NCBI GenBank assembly: GCA_903956835.1
Contig: CAJBOM010000084.1
Span: forward strand, 1-46,823
Source: an uncultured Verrucomicrobiota bacterium
Lineage (GTDB): Bacteria; Verrucomicrobiota; Verrucomicrobiia; Methylacidiphilales; Verrucolacustridaceae
DNA length: 46,823 nt
Direction: 5' to 3'
Part shown: positions 29,757 to 38,145 of the stretch, one piece after another
Layout of the letters: each line of letters opens with the position of its first letter
Numbering within the stretch: the first letter of the stretch is position 1
The notes under the pieces: model-generated
Databases searched by the model: none
Told to the model about the DNA's origin: nothing
What the model saw: the letters and a program-made list of their open reading frames with translations, nothing else
Program-made: the position numbers and the translations under genes

Positions 29757-30329
29757 ATGACCCTCCCCGACTGGCTCACGATTGCCCGCGTCATCACCGC
29801 TTTTGTCCTTCTCATTCTTCTCCAAGCCTGTGCCCATCCCCCCGTCCCCGCTTGGACCGCTTGGCTCGCTCTAGCCCTCTTCGTTGCCGCCGCCCTGACT
29901 GATTGGCTAGACGGACACCTCGCCCGCCTCTGGAAAATCGAGTCCGATTTCGGCCGCCTCTTCGATCCCCTCGCCGACAAACTTCTCGTCGCCGTCACCT
30001 TTATCGGCCTCCTTGGCGCAGGACTCCTCCCCGTCTGGTTCGTCTCCCTGGTTGTCGCCCGCGAGTTTCTCATCACTGGCATCCGCCTCGTCGCAGGCCA
30101 AAAGGGAGTTGTCCTTTCCGCCGAAAAAGTTGGCAAACATAAAACCGTTACCCAAATGGTCACCGCCATCCTTGCTCTTCTTCTTCTTGCTCTCAACCCC
30201 TCCCTGCCCGCAGGACGAATCCTCCTCGAAGTCGCCGCCATTATCACCGCCCTGATCACCGCAGGCTCAGGCCTCTACTACCTCGCACGCAACTATCCAC
30301 TTCTTATTTCAAACGTGCGCCGATCATGA
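29757..30329 (+). CDS. pgsA: CDP-diacylglycerol--glycerol-3-phosphate 3-phosphatidyltransferase
   Basis: LPDWLTIAR, TDWLDGHLAR...FGRLFDPLADK, REFLITGIR and GKHKTVTQM. Confidence 0.93.
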   Translation: MTLPDWLTIARVITAFVLLILLQACAHPPVPAWTAWLALALFVAAALTDWLDGHLARLWKIESDFGRLFDPLADKLLVAVTFIGLLGAGLLPVWFVSLVVAREFLITGIRLVAGQKGVVLSAEKVGKHKTVTQMVTAILALLLLALNPSLPAGRILLEVAAIITALITAGSGLYYLARNYPLLISNVRRS

Positions 30330-30823
30330 TCCAAGGATTCAAAGAACTCGCCTCCGTCTGCCACGCCATCGGCCAAGGCCGCCAAACCGTCCTTCTCCGC
30401 AAGGCCGGCATCCGCGAATCCACCCACGAAAGCGCATTTCAGCCGAAATCCTTCTACCTCCTTCCCACTCACTACCATGAAAAAGGCCCCAAATCCCCCT
30501 CCCAAGATTTCCCTATTTCCCTTCGTGTCGAGGTCGTTCGTTCAGGTGACTTGATCCACTGGGCTCAAATCGAGAAACTCCTCCCCTTCACCGCCTACGA
30601 TCCGAAAACCATTCGTGAACACTTCGATTCGCGTGACGAAAAACTTCTCCACTTCGCCCAGATCCAATCATTCACCCTCTCCCCCCTCTGGAACCTTCCC
30701 CACTCCCCCGCCCTCTCAGGTTGCCGCTCTTGGTTTGAACTTCCCCCACCTCCCTCCAACCTCACCGAAGCCCCCAACACGACGAACCAATCCGCCCGCC
30801 AAACCGCCCATCTCCTTTCATGA
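30326..30823 (+). CDS. DUF1802 family protein
   Basis: FKELASVCHAIGQGRQTVLLRKAGIRE, FYLLPT..HE and C-terminal GCRSW match the DUF1802 pattern as I recall it. Confidence 0.75.
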   Translation: MIQGFKELASVCHAIGQGRQTVLLRKAGIRESTHESAFQPKSFYLLPTHYHEKGPKSPSQDFPISLRVEVVRSGDLIHWAQIEKLLPFTAYDPKTIREHFDSRDEKLLHFAQIQSFTLSPLWNLPHSPALSGCRSWFELPPPPSNLTEAPNTTNQSARQTAHLLS

Positions 30824-31626
30824 ATCTCGAAGACACCCACCTCGACGTTCTCCTCAAAGCCCAAAAAGCCCAGGGCATCACCGATCGCGATCTCGTGAAA
30901 CTCGCGGAGATTACTGTCCCAGACCTGAATAATCTTCGAGCAGGACGACGTGAGCCTACCGCCATTGAAAAAATCGCCCGCGTACTCAACCTCCGACCCA
31001 AAGCCATCATTGATCTAGCCAACGGTACTTGGCACGCACCCGCCGCCGCCTTGCCCCCCCACGTCCTTCAGTTCACCACCCCGTTTGCCGATATGACGGT
31101 GAATCACTACCTCGTCTGGGATCCAAAAACTCTTCTCGCAGCCGCTTTTGATACTGGGACCAATGCCGATCCTCTCTTCGCCGCACTCGAACGACATAAA
31201 CTTACCCTCGCCAAGATTCTTCTCACCCATGCTCACGGGGATCATGTCCTCGAACTCGACCGAATCGTCGAACGCACTAAAGCCGTTCCTTTCGCCCCCG
31301 AAGCCGAACCCCTCGCAGACTGTAAACCCGTCAAAGACAACCAACGATTCAAGATCGGCGGACTAAATATTACCGCCCACACCGTACCCGGGCATTCCCC
31401 TGGTGGAACGATCTATGAAATTATGGGCCTAGAAAACCCGCTCGCCGTTGTCGGCGATGTTCTGTTCTCGGGCTCCATCGGTGGCATCCGCTCACGCTAT
31501 CGGCCCGCTCTGGAATCTATTCGTGCGGGAGTTCTCACGCTCCCGCCCGAAACCATTCTTCTGCCAGGACATGGTCCTATCACCACCGTCGCTCACGAAC
31601 TCGCTCATAATCCATTCTTCCCGTGA
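30820..31626 (+). CDS. MBL-fold metallo-hydrolase (glyoxalase II/YcbL-like) with N-terminal HTH-like extension
   Basis: LLTHAHGDH, PGHSPG, GDVLFSGSIG and LPGHGP; the first ~65 aa look like an XRE-type HTH. Confidence 0.85.
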   Translation: MNLEDTHLDVLLKAQKAQGITDRDLVKLAEITVPDLNNLRAGRREPTAIEKIARVLNLRPKAIIDLANGTWHAPAAALPPHVLQFTTPFADMTVNHYLVWDPKTLLAAAFDTGTNADPLFAALERHKLTLAKILLTHAHGDHVLELDRIVERTKAVPFAPEAEPLADCKPVKDNQRFKIGGLNITAHTVPGHSPGGTIYEIMGLENPLAVVGDVLFSGSIGGIRSRYRPALESIRAGVLTLPPETILLPGHGPITTVAHELAHNPFFP

Positions 31627-32315
31627 AAATCGTTGTTCTTCTTTCCGGTGGCCTTGATTCGGTCACCGCTCTGCATCATATGGCCGCCACGGAGAAAGTG
31701 GTCGCTGCCCTCAGCTTCGACTACGGCGCGAAACACAATGCCCGAGAGCTCCCCTGCGCCGCCGACCAGTGCCGCTCTCTTCGCATCCCCAACCGCATTG
31801 TTTCTCTCAACTTTATGGCCGATGCCTTTAAATCTGATCTCTTAAAATCAGGCGGGATAATTCCCGATGGTCACTACGAAGAAGAGTCGATGAAGAAAAC
31901 CGTTGTCCCCTTTCGAAACGGCATCTTTCTATCACTCGGCACAGGCTACGCCGAGAGCTTGGGCGCCGACGCCATTGCCATCGCTGCTCACGCTGGCGAC
32001 CACACCATCTATCCCGACTGCCGTGAAGACTTTCTTTCCCCTATGGCCCAAGCCATGGAAAAAGGAACCTACGCAAATATTAAACTTCTGCGCCCCTTTG
32101 TCTCGATGGACAAAACTTCCATTGTCCGCAGAGGAGTAGAACTAAAAATTAACTACGCCCGTACCTGGTCTTGCTACAAAGGCGCAGTTCTTCATTGCGG
32201 CACTTGCGGAACTTGCATCGAAAGACGAGAAGCCTTCCTCAACGCCGGCGTCGCCGATCCTACCCCTTACGTCGCCACTCCTCCCCTTCCGCCTAAACCT
32301 ACCACGGAAAGCTGA
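31623..32315 (+). CDS. queC: 7-cyano-7-deazaguanine synthase
   Basis: LLSGGLDS, VPFRNGIF, YPDCR, TWSCY and HCGTCGTC. Confidence 0.97.
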   Translation: MKIVVLLSGGLDSVTALHHMAATEKVVAALSFDYGAKHNARELPCAADQCRSLRIPNRIVSLNFMADAFKSDLLKSGGIIPDGHYEEESMKKTVVPFRNGIFLSLGTGYAESLGADAIAIAAHAGDHTIYPDCREDFLSPMAQAMEKGTYANIKLLRPFVSMDKTSIVRRGVELKINYARTWSCYKGAVLHCGTCGTCIERREAFLNAGVADPTPYVATPPLPPKPTTES

Positions 32316-32319
32316 AGCG

Positions 32320-33009
32320 ATGCGAATCGCGGAAATCTTTCACTCGATTCAAGGAGAAGGCCTTCTGGCGGGTGTTCCCTCCATCTTCATTCGTACCTCC
32401 GGCTGCAACCTTCGTTGTGACTGGTGCGATACCCCTTACGCTTCTTGGAACCCTGAAGGAGAAGAAATGTCTGTGCCGGAAATTCTTAAAAAGATCTCGG
32501 ATTGGGACTGTAATCACATCGTCCTAACTGGAGGAGAACCCATGATTGCCCCGGCCCTCCCCGAACTCGCTGAATCCCTAAAAAAGCAGGGTAAACACAT
32601 CACCATCGAAACCGCCGGCACTATTCCTCCCAACCGTATCCCCTGCGACTTGGCCTCCATCAGCCCCAAGCTTTCTAACTCCACTCCTCCCTCCTCTCGC
32701 GACCCAGCGTGGGCAAAGAAACACGAAGCCGCCCGCCTACAGCCCGATGTAATTTCCGAATGGATTCGAAATTATCCATTTCAGTTGAAATTCGTCGTCT
32801 CATCCGAAAACGATCTCGCCGAAATCAAAAATCTCCTGTCCCGCCTTCCACCTGTTCCCTCCGACAGGATCCTTCTCATGCCCGAAGGCATCGATAGCAA
32901 AACCCTCGCCTCCCGCTCTCCTTGGCTTGTCGATATCTGTAAACGCGAAGGCTTTCGCTTCTGTCCCCGCTTGCACATAGAGCTCTTCGGTCACAAACGC
33001 GGAACTTAA
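32320..33009 (+). CDS. queE: 7-carboxy-7-deazaguanine synthase (radical SAM)
   Basis: EIFHSIQGEG, CNLRCDWCDT, TGGEP, IETAG, SPKL and PRLH. Confidence 0.96.
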   Translation: MRIAEIFHSIQGEGLLAGVPSIFIRTSGCNLRCDWCDTPYASWNPEGEEMSVPEILKKISDWDCNHIVLTGGEPMIAPALPELAESLKKQGKHITIETAGTIPPNRIPCDLASISPKLSNSTPPSSRDPAWAKKHEAARLQPDVISEWIRNYPFQLKFVVSSENDLAEIKNLLSRLPPVPSDRILLMPEGIDSKTLASRSPWLVDICKREGFRFCPRLHIELFGHKRGT

Positions 33010-33042
33010 ACCTACCGCGGGCTGGCGGACACCACAGTTTTA

Positions 33043-33711
33043 CTACGCAATCTTCACAATTCGCCCGCTCTGGCTACCCGTTTCCGCTGCAACCAACTCC
33101 ATAATAGGAGCGACCACCTCCTCCGCCTTCTTGCCCCCCTTGTGCATCTCGGTGTCTAGAAACGGCGGTTCTACCGCGTTGATGATCACATCCACCCCCT
33201 TCAGTTCATAGCCCACCGCCTTGGTCAACGAATCGAGAGCACACTTCGAAGCACAATAGGCCGACGCTTTCGGCAGGTGTTTGATCGGTGCACTGATATT
33301 CACAATTCTTCCAAACCCACGCTGAATCATTCCTGGCAGAATCGCCCGAATCATCAAATACGGTCCCCGCACATTCGTGGCCATAATCTTATCCCACTCC
33401 TCGACTGGAAGATCCTGTACCGCTTTCAATCCAGTAATGATCCCTGCGTTGTTGATTAAGATTTCAATCGGCCCAACCTTCTCCGCCTCTTTCACACCTT
33501 TCTCGACCGATTTTACATCCGTCACATCTATCTCCACCGCCGTTCCCAACCCTCCAGTCTTCGTCACCTCTTCAGCGGTTTGCTGAATCTTATCCTTTCT
33601 CCTACCCGCACAGATCACTTTGGCTCCAGACTGCCCTGCCGCTAGGGCTAACGCCTTTCCCAAGCCCGAGCCCGCCCCAGTGATTATTATAACTTTATCT
33701 TTCATTTCCAT
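33043..33711 (-). CDS. SDR family oxidoreductase
   Basis: TGAGSGLG, NNAG and YCASK catalytic YxxxK. Start placed at ATG 33711. Confidence 0.92.
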   Translation of the reverse strand: MEMKDKVIIITGAGSGLGKALALAAGQSGAKVICAGRRKDKIQQTAEEVTKTGGLGTAVEIDVTDVKSVEKGVKEAEKVGPIEILINNAGIITGLKAVQDLPVEEWDKIMATNVRGPYLMIRAILPGMIQRGFGRIVNISAPIKHLPKASAYCASKCALDSLTKAVGYELKGVDVIINAVEPPFLDTEMHKGGKKAEEVVAPIMELVAAETGSQSGRIVKIA

Positions 33712-33715
33712 ATTT

Positions 33716-34060
33716 TTATCCCCCAATCAGTGCGGTGGCCTTTGCCGTCGCCTCGTCCAATACTTCACCGGGCACCTTAGCGATGAAAGCAGCCTTGCGA
33801 TCTCTCCAGTCTAAGCAGCGAAGCTGATCGCTCAGCACAAATCCTTGTATTTTGAGGCCTGCCGGAAGACTACATTCAAATGGATAGCCCTTTCCCTGAC
33901 TGGTGATTGGACAGATCAATGCCAAACCTGTCTTCCGGTTATAGGAACTTGGGCTCAGCACCAGACCGGGCCGATGCCCCGACTGTTCCCGCCCTGCCTG
34001 TGGATTGAAATTCAGCCAGACCACATCTCCTCGCTCGGGAACGTAGCGACCCGCCCTCAC
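33716..34060 (-). CDS. mazF: MazF/PemK endoribonuclease toxin
   Basis: PERGDVVWLNFNPQAGREQSGHRP, CPITSQGKGYPFE and LSDQLRCLDWRDR; GTGA overlap with the mazE stop. Confidence 0.95.
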   Translation of the reverse strand: MRAGRYVPERGDVVWLNFNPQAGREQSGHRPGLVLSPSSYNRKTGLALICPITSQGKGYPFECSLPAGLKIQGFVLSDQLRCLDWRDRKAAFIAKVPGEVLDEATAKATALIGG

Positions 34061-34296
34061 CAAACCTCATTCCCTCGAGAATTGCCCCAATCGATCTCCT
34101 GATGGATCTGGTTTTTTTTGATATTCCGAATGAGATCCGTAGCCCGATAAAGAGGCTTAGCCGCCTGAATGGTTAGCTTATTTTCCGAAAGGGAAAGCCG
34201 CAGCGGATCCCCTTGCCGCAGCTTGATCTGGCGGGCAAACCCTGCCGGAATACGCAAAGCCAAACTGTTGCCCCACTTTTGTAGTGCCACCTGCAT
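34057..34296 (-). CDS. mazE: AbrB/MazE antitoxin
   Basis: KWGNSLALRIP and C-terminal EIDWG..RGNEVW. Confidence 0.95.
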   Translation of the reverse strand: MQVALQKWGNSLALRIPAGFARQIKLRQGDPLRLSLSENKLTIQAAKPLYRATDLIRNIKKNQIHQEIDWGNSRGNEVW

Positions 34297-34330
34297 GTAT
34301 CTACAATGTGTCCACTTTTTGGTTTGTCAA
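34296..34330 (-). promoter_or_regulatory. mazEF promoter/operator (TTGACA -35; TGTA-N2-TACA palindrome at the start codon)
   Basis: Minus-strand TTGACA at 34330-34325; palindrome TGTATCTACA at 34296-34305 abutting the mazE ATG; no room for a Shine-Dalgarno, so probably leaderless. Confidence 0.6.
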
Positions 34331-34427
34331 CGCCTCCTCCTATTTCCCCAGCCCATTCTCTGTCTTCTGCTCCCTTTGTAACTCGCCCCCTAGCGAGCAA
34401 AGGCAGAGGAGAGTCGGGTCCAGCGAA

Positions 34428-34643
34428 TTAGGCAAAAACTAGTTTACCTTTTGCATCAGGGATTTCTCTGCCTTGACTCTTCGCTATTTCCAACCAAAGG
34501 GCTACCGCCTGCTCTGCACTTTCCAATGCCTCTCGCTTGGTTGTTCCGTGCGCTTTGCATCCCGCCAGCTCAGGAACTTCTACAACAAAGATTCCATCCT
34601 CTTGGTCCCAGTAAATGATCGACTCGTACTTATTTTCACTCAT
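34428..34643 (-). CDS. hicB: HicB-family antitoxin (short form, no DNA-binding domain evident)
   Basis: YWDQEDGIFVVEVPELAGCKAHGTTKREAL...WLE...GREIP; AAGGAGG SD upstream of ATG 34643. Confidence 0.9.
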   Translation of the reverse strand: MSENKYESIIYWDQEDGIFVVEVPELAGCKAHGTTKREALESAEQAVALWLEIAKSQGREIPDAKGKLVFA

Positions 34644-34680
34644 CGGCTGCCTCCTTGGGTATATCGATTTGGTACTTAAT

Positions 34681-34905
34681 TCAAATATCACGAATTTGAT
34701 GCACTTGATAGCGTTTCGCCGTGGAGCCGTCAGATTGAAGGTTGATTAAGGCATCGATCCCCTTTTTAGTGAATAGGTTATGACTTCCCCTAGTCCGTAA
34801 ATCAAATCCACATCTTCGGAGGTAGTTAACCAATTCCGCAAAATCGATATTGCCATCACACTGACCGAAAAGAATCTTCGATCGGAATTTCTTCCATTTA
34901 CTCAC
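34681..34905 (-). CDS. hicA: HicA-family toxin, probably C-terminally truncated by a premature TGA
   Basis: GSH motif (RGSHNLF) and INLQ..GS.AKRYQV.QIR. The frame continues past the TGA as IKYQIDIPKEAADE to a second stop at 34636. Confidence 0.8.
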   Translation of the reverse strand: MSKWKKFRSKILFGQCDGNIDFAELVNYLRRCGFDLRTRGSHNLFTKKGIDALINLQSDGSTAKRYQVHQIRDI

Positions 34906-36001
34906 TTTTCTGCTCCCCGCCAATCGCTGGAACAACCGCGTTTGTTTCAGAGGTTGGCTGTGGAGAAGTCACCGCAACTTGCGGATACGGCCACAAAATA
35001 AACTCACTCCGATCGAACCATGGCCCTGTCGGCATAAGAAAAGTAGACCCCGCCCACTCCATCCCAGGCTTCGAGTGAACGGGGAAAAATCCCGTCGCTC
35101 CCAGCAACGCCGCCTGCTGCGATGGAGCCAACAGAAATTCACAAAACCGGTAGGCCATCTCTTTTCTAGGGGAGCCTTCAGGTACAGCCATCACCTCGAA
35201 ATCCACCAACGTCCCTGTGGGTAGTGCCGACCACCGAATCAACCCGCCCCCCGCCTGCGGATCTAAAATCAATCTCCACGAAGGCAAGTAAGAGAAGTTA
35301 ACTCGCCCATCTTTCAATCCATTCCAGCACTCCTCTTCCGTTGCCATCTTTCCAACCAACGAAGCTTCAACCTGCTGTTTGGCGATCGTCCAAGCATTCT
35401 CCCCTCCAAGATTGACCGACCGGTTCTGACTTTTAATCCAAATTGCCGCCATCAGATCTGTGTCCGCAGGGAAAATGGCCCCAGGCTCACTCGCCCAGCG
35501 GAGCACGGGCGCCATGGCCACTTTAGGATTTGTTCCCGCCGCCACTCTTTTCATAAAAAACCATGGGCTAATTCTCCACGGCCGACTCTGCAATCCCCTC
35601 GGATCAAAAGCCTGACCGCGATAGACAGGGTTCACCCCATCCATAGGAACCTTTCCCGTCAAATCTGCCCAAGACACCGCCCTTCCTAACTCAGAAAAAG
35701 ATCGGGCTTTGAGCAGATAAACATCTCCGTCACTCGGCCAAGTTCCGTCCGCGTTCCGAGCCAAGGTTCGTAGATCCACTTTCAGATAACCAGCCCCACT
35801 CGAAAAAGTATCCAGCCACAGTTGGGGGATCACGGGACCCTCCTGATACACCACCAGTTTCGAGGGCAGCTGGAAAATGGAGCTTGGCGCAGACGGCATG
35901 GGAAGCCTGTCCGATTCAGACCCCGTAGGCTTCAGCCACTGACCCAACCCAAATCCCAATCCCACTGCAACTAGTAGCCCCAGTCCAATTAGCCCAGGCA
36001 T
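34898..36001 (-). CDS. Divergent extracellular solute-binding protein, PotD/PotF (polyamine)-like
   Basis: N-terminal membrane anchor. VNPVYRGQAFDP..SRPW and DFEVMAVPEGSPRKEMAYRFCEFLLAP resemble PotD segments. Confidence 0.55.
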   Translation of the reverse strand: MPGLIGLGLLVAVGLGFGLGQWLKPTGSESDRLPMPSAPSSIFQLPSKLVVYQEGPVIPQLWLDTFSSGAGYLKVDLRTLARNADGTWPSDGDVYLLKARSFSELGRAVSWADLTGKVPMDGVNPVYRGQAFDPRGLQSRPWRISPWFFMKRVAAGTNPKVAMAPVLRWASEPGAIFPADTDLMAAIWIKSQNRSVNLGGENAWTIAKQQVEASLVGKMATEEECWNGLKDGRVNFSYLPSWRLILDPQAGGGLIRWSALPTGTLVDFEVMAVPEGSPRKEMAYRFCEFLLAPSQQAALLGATGFFPVHSKPGMEWAGSTFLMPTGPWFDRSEFILWPYPQVAVTSPQPTSETNAVVPAIGGEQKSE

Positions 36002-36114
36002 CCGCGATTCAGGCCTATTTCCCGTTGGTTCCACGGCAATTACCTTCTCTCAAAAGTTGTCTGCGGGAAAGCCACAAGGTTGTCTCACCCGACACTTCTG
36101 CCCATAATCTCGTG

Positions 36115-36711
36115 ATGGAAAAATCAGCTCAAAAGATCGATCTCTGGATGGAGCAACTGAGGCGGATGCGAGAGATGCAGTACGCCTACCACAAAAAGTT
36201 CTTCCACGGCCTTTACCTTTTTCTCGTGCTGGTGATTGGTTGCCTTCTCTGGGATAGCCCTGTATCTCTGGCCCTCGTTCCCCTGCTCGTTATCACCGCC
36301 GGAACCCAGTCCTGCTTCTACCTTCATTTTGTAGATTTTGCCCGTATTCACGCTCGTTTTGTCGAAGGTCGCCTGAATCAAGCGCTCGGAAAGTTAACCT
36401 TGGTTGGATCCGAAATCGAAGACCTTTACTTCTATCCCGTCGACGCCCCAAAGATTGGCGGTTTTATTCCTTCCGCTCCCCTCCGCTTCTTCAGCTTCTT
36501 CACCTTACACTGGACTCTCCTCTGGCTTGGCCTAGCAGCCTTTGCCCTCTGGCGCCTTCTTCCAATGATGGGCCCCTGTGGCCACCACTACCTATGTCTC
36601 CTCGGCCTCTGGGGTGCTCTGAATTTTATCTACCTCGCTTGGTTTTTTTGTCGACGCCAAAGTCTGTCTTTAACAGACAGGTACTTGCATAAAGCTCTCT
36701 CGCGTGGATAG
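36115..36711 (+). CDS. Hypothetical membrane protein
   Basis: About 4 hydrophobic segments; no family recognised. Start placed at ATG 36115. Confidence 0.65.
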   Translation: MEKSAQKIDLWMEQLRRMREMQYAYHKKFFHGLYLFLVLVIGCLLWDSPVSLALVPLLVITAGTQSCFYLHFVDFARIHARFVEGRLNQALGKLTLVGSEIEDLYFYPVDAPKIGGFIPSAPLRFFSFFTLHWTLLWLGLAAFALWRLLPMMGPCGHHYLCLLGLWGALNFIYLAWFFCRRQSLSLTDRYLHKALSRG

Positions 36712-36746
36712 GTTCGCTATCTGTCACATAATGCATAGAATTAGAA

Positions 36747-36935
36747 ATGGCAAAGTTAGCCCAAATATTCAGCTCTTTTTCAAGTCACGAAAAAGAGGAC
36801 AGCCGCTTTTACCGAAGCCTCGGCTCGGCAGAGCGCCTAAAGATTTGGCTACAACTGTGCCGCTTTGACCGCAACGATGCACCTAGGAAAAGACTTAAAA
36901 GAGTTTGTCGGATTACTCCGCTCCGAAAGGGTTAA
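36747..36935 (+). CDS. Small basic protein paired with the downstream nucleotidyltransferase
   Basis: 62 aa with an EDxxFYRSL..ERL pattern; overlaps the next gene; TAGAAT -10-like box just upstream. Confidence 0.6.
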   Translation: MAKLAQIFSSFSSHEKEDSRFYRSLGSAERLKIWLQLCRFDRNDAPRKRLKRVCRITPLRKG

Positions 36936-37320
36936 ATTCCTGGTAGTGGGTGCGGCTGCCGTGGCGGTGCATGGCCGTCCTCGATACACGGGGGATGTCG
37001 ATTTTTGGATTGAATGCTCTTCTCTCAATGCCGCAAAAATGCAGAGAGTCTTTATAAAATTCGGGTTCGGAGGAACCAAGCCATCCGATTTTGAAAAGCC
37101 AGATCGCATCATTCAGTTGGGCCGTCCTCCGAACCGAATCGACATCCTCACTGGACTTACAGGAGTCACTTTTGCCTCCTGCTGGAGAAAGAAAGTTGTC
37201 CGGCAGGTAGAAGGCCTACGGCTGCCTTTCTTGGGACTGAAGTCGCTGCAGGCCAACAAAAAGGCAACGGGGCGCCCACAGGATCATGCCGACTTGAAGG
37301 CCTTATCGAAAATCAATTAG
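36877..37320 (+). CDS. Standalone nucleotidyltransferase (DUF6036-like)
   Basis: VVGAAAVAVHGRPRYTGDVD (G..xDxD), RIDIL and NKKATGRPQDHADL. Confidence 0.8.
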   Translation: MHLGKDLKEFVGLLRSERVKFLVVGAAAVAVHGRPRYTGDVDFWIECSSLNAAKMQRVFIKFGFGGTKPSDFEKPDRIIQLGRPPNRIDILTGLTGVTFASCWRKKVVRQVEGLRLPFLGLKSLQANKKATGRPQDHADLKALSKIN

Positions 37321-37323
37321 TCC

Positions 37324-38145
37324 GTGGACAAACAAGTGGATATCTCGATAGTCACGCCGGTCTTTAATTCAGTCCGTTGGATCGAGCTGTGCGTCCAGTC
37401 GGTTCGTCACGCCCTCCAAGGACGAAATTACGAACATATCCTGGTGGATGGGCGCAGCACCGATGGAACTCTGGACTACCTGAACCAGCAGAAAGATATC
37501 CGCCTCATTCCAGGGCCAGACAAGGGAATGTACGACGCTCTGAACAAGGGCATGGCCGCCGCACGTGGTCGTATCCTCGGACACTTAAACGCCGACGAGC
37601 AGTACGACCGAGGGGGCCTAGCCCACGCCCTTCAAAAACTTGATCAAACCGGGGCCGATGCCGTCTTCGGCCCCACCCTCATGCTCGATGAACACCTAAA
37701 TTTCCTCTACCTCTTCAACCAGATCACCGTTCCACGCCCCATCGATGCGGATTGGCATATGCCTGTGCAAACCTGCTCGTTCCTGTTCCGCCGTCCAATT
37801 TGGGAGCGCTGCCCCTACCCTGCTGAATATCGCGTCGTCGGGGATCACGTCTGGTTTCGCCGTCAAATGAAGCTCGGCCTGAAGCTTGTCTCCATCCGCA
37901 ATCCCATCGGCCTCTTTACTTGGCACGGGGATGACATCGCAAAAAGACTGGGCCCCCACAAAGAAAACGCTCTGGCCGATGTAAATCGAAAATCTCTACC
38001 TATGCGCCTAGCAAAACTTCGATTCCGTCTGCGAAAACTTGCCTGGGGCGGGTGCCTACCCCCTCTACAACTTTCCTACGAGATCATCACCGAACAGAAA
38101 ACAGGGACAAGGCGCTCCATCGTCCTCCCTCGCTTGGGACTTTAG
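37324..38145 (+). CDS. Glycosyltransferase family 2
   Basis: ISIVTPVFN, VDGRSTDGT, DKGMYDALNKG and LNADE. Confidence 0.92.
   Translation: MDKQVDISIVTPVFNSVRWIELCVQSVRHALQGRNYEHILVDGRSTDGTLDYLNQQKDIRLIPGPDKGMYDALNKGMAAARGRILGHLNADEQYDRGGLAHALQKLDQTGADAVFGPTLMLDEHLNFLYLFNQITVPRPIDADWHMPVQTCSFLFRRPIWERCPYPAEYRVVGDHVWFRRQMKLGLKLVSIRNPIGLFTWHGDDIAKRLGPHKENALADVNRKSLPMRLAKLRFRLRKLAWGGCLPPLQLSYEIITEQKTGTRRSIVLPRLGL

Noticed and set aside
29613-29837. Short minus-strand ORF at the ALDH-pgsA junction
   Set aside because: Largely antisense to pgsA; the intergenic part is only a 17-aa peptide with no recognisable motif.
31623-33009. queC/queE as a Dpd or QatABCD-type defence or DNA-modification system
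   Set aside because: Canonical sequences in a housekeeping operon with backbone composition; no dpdA, TatD or ATPase partners.
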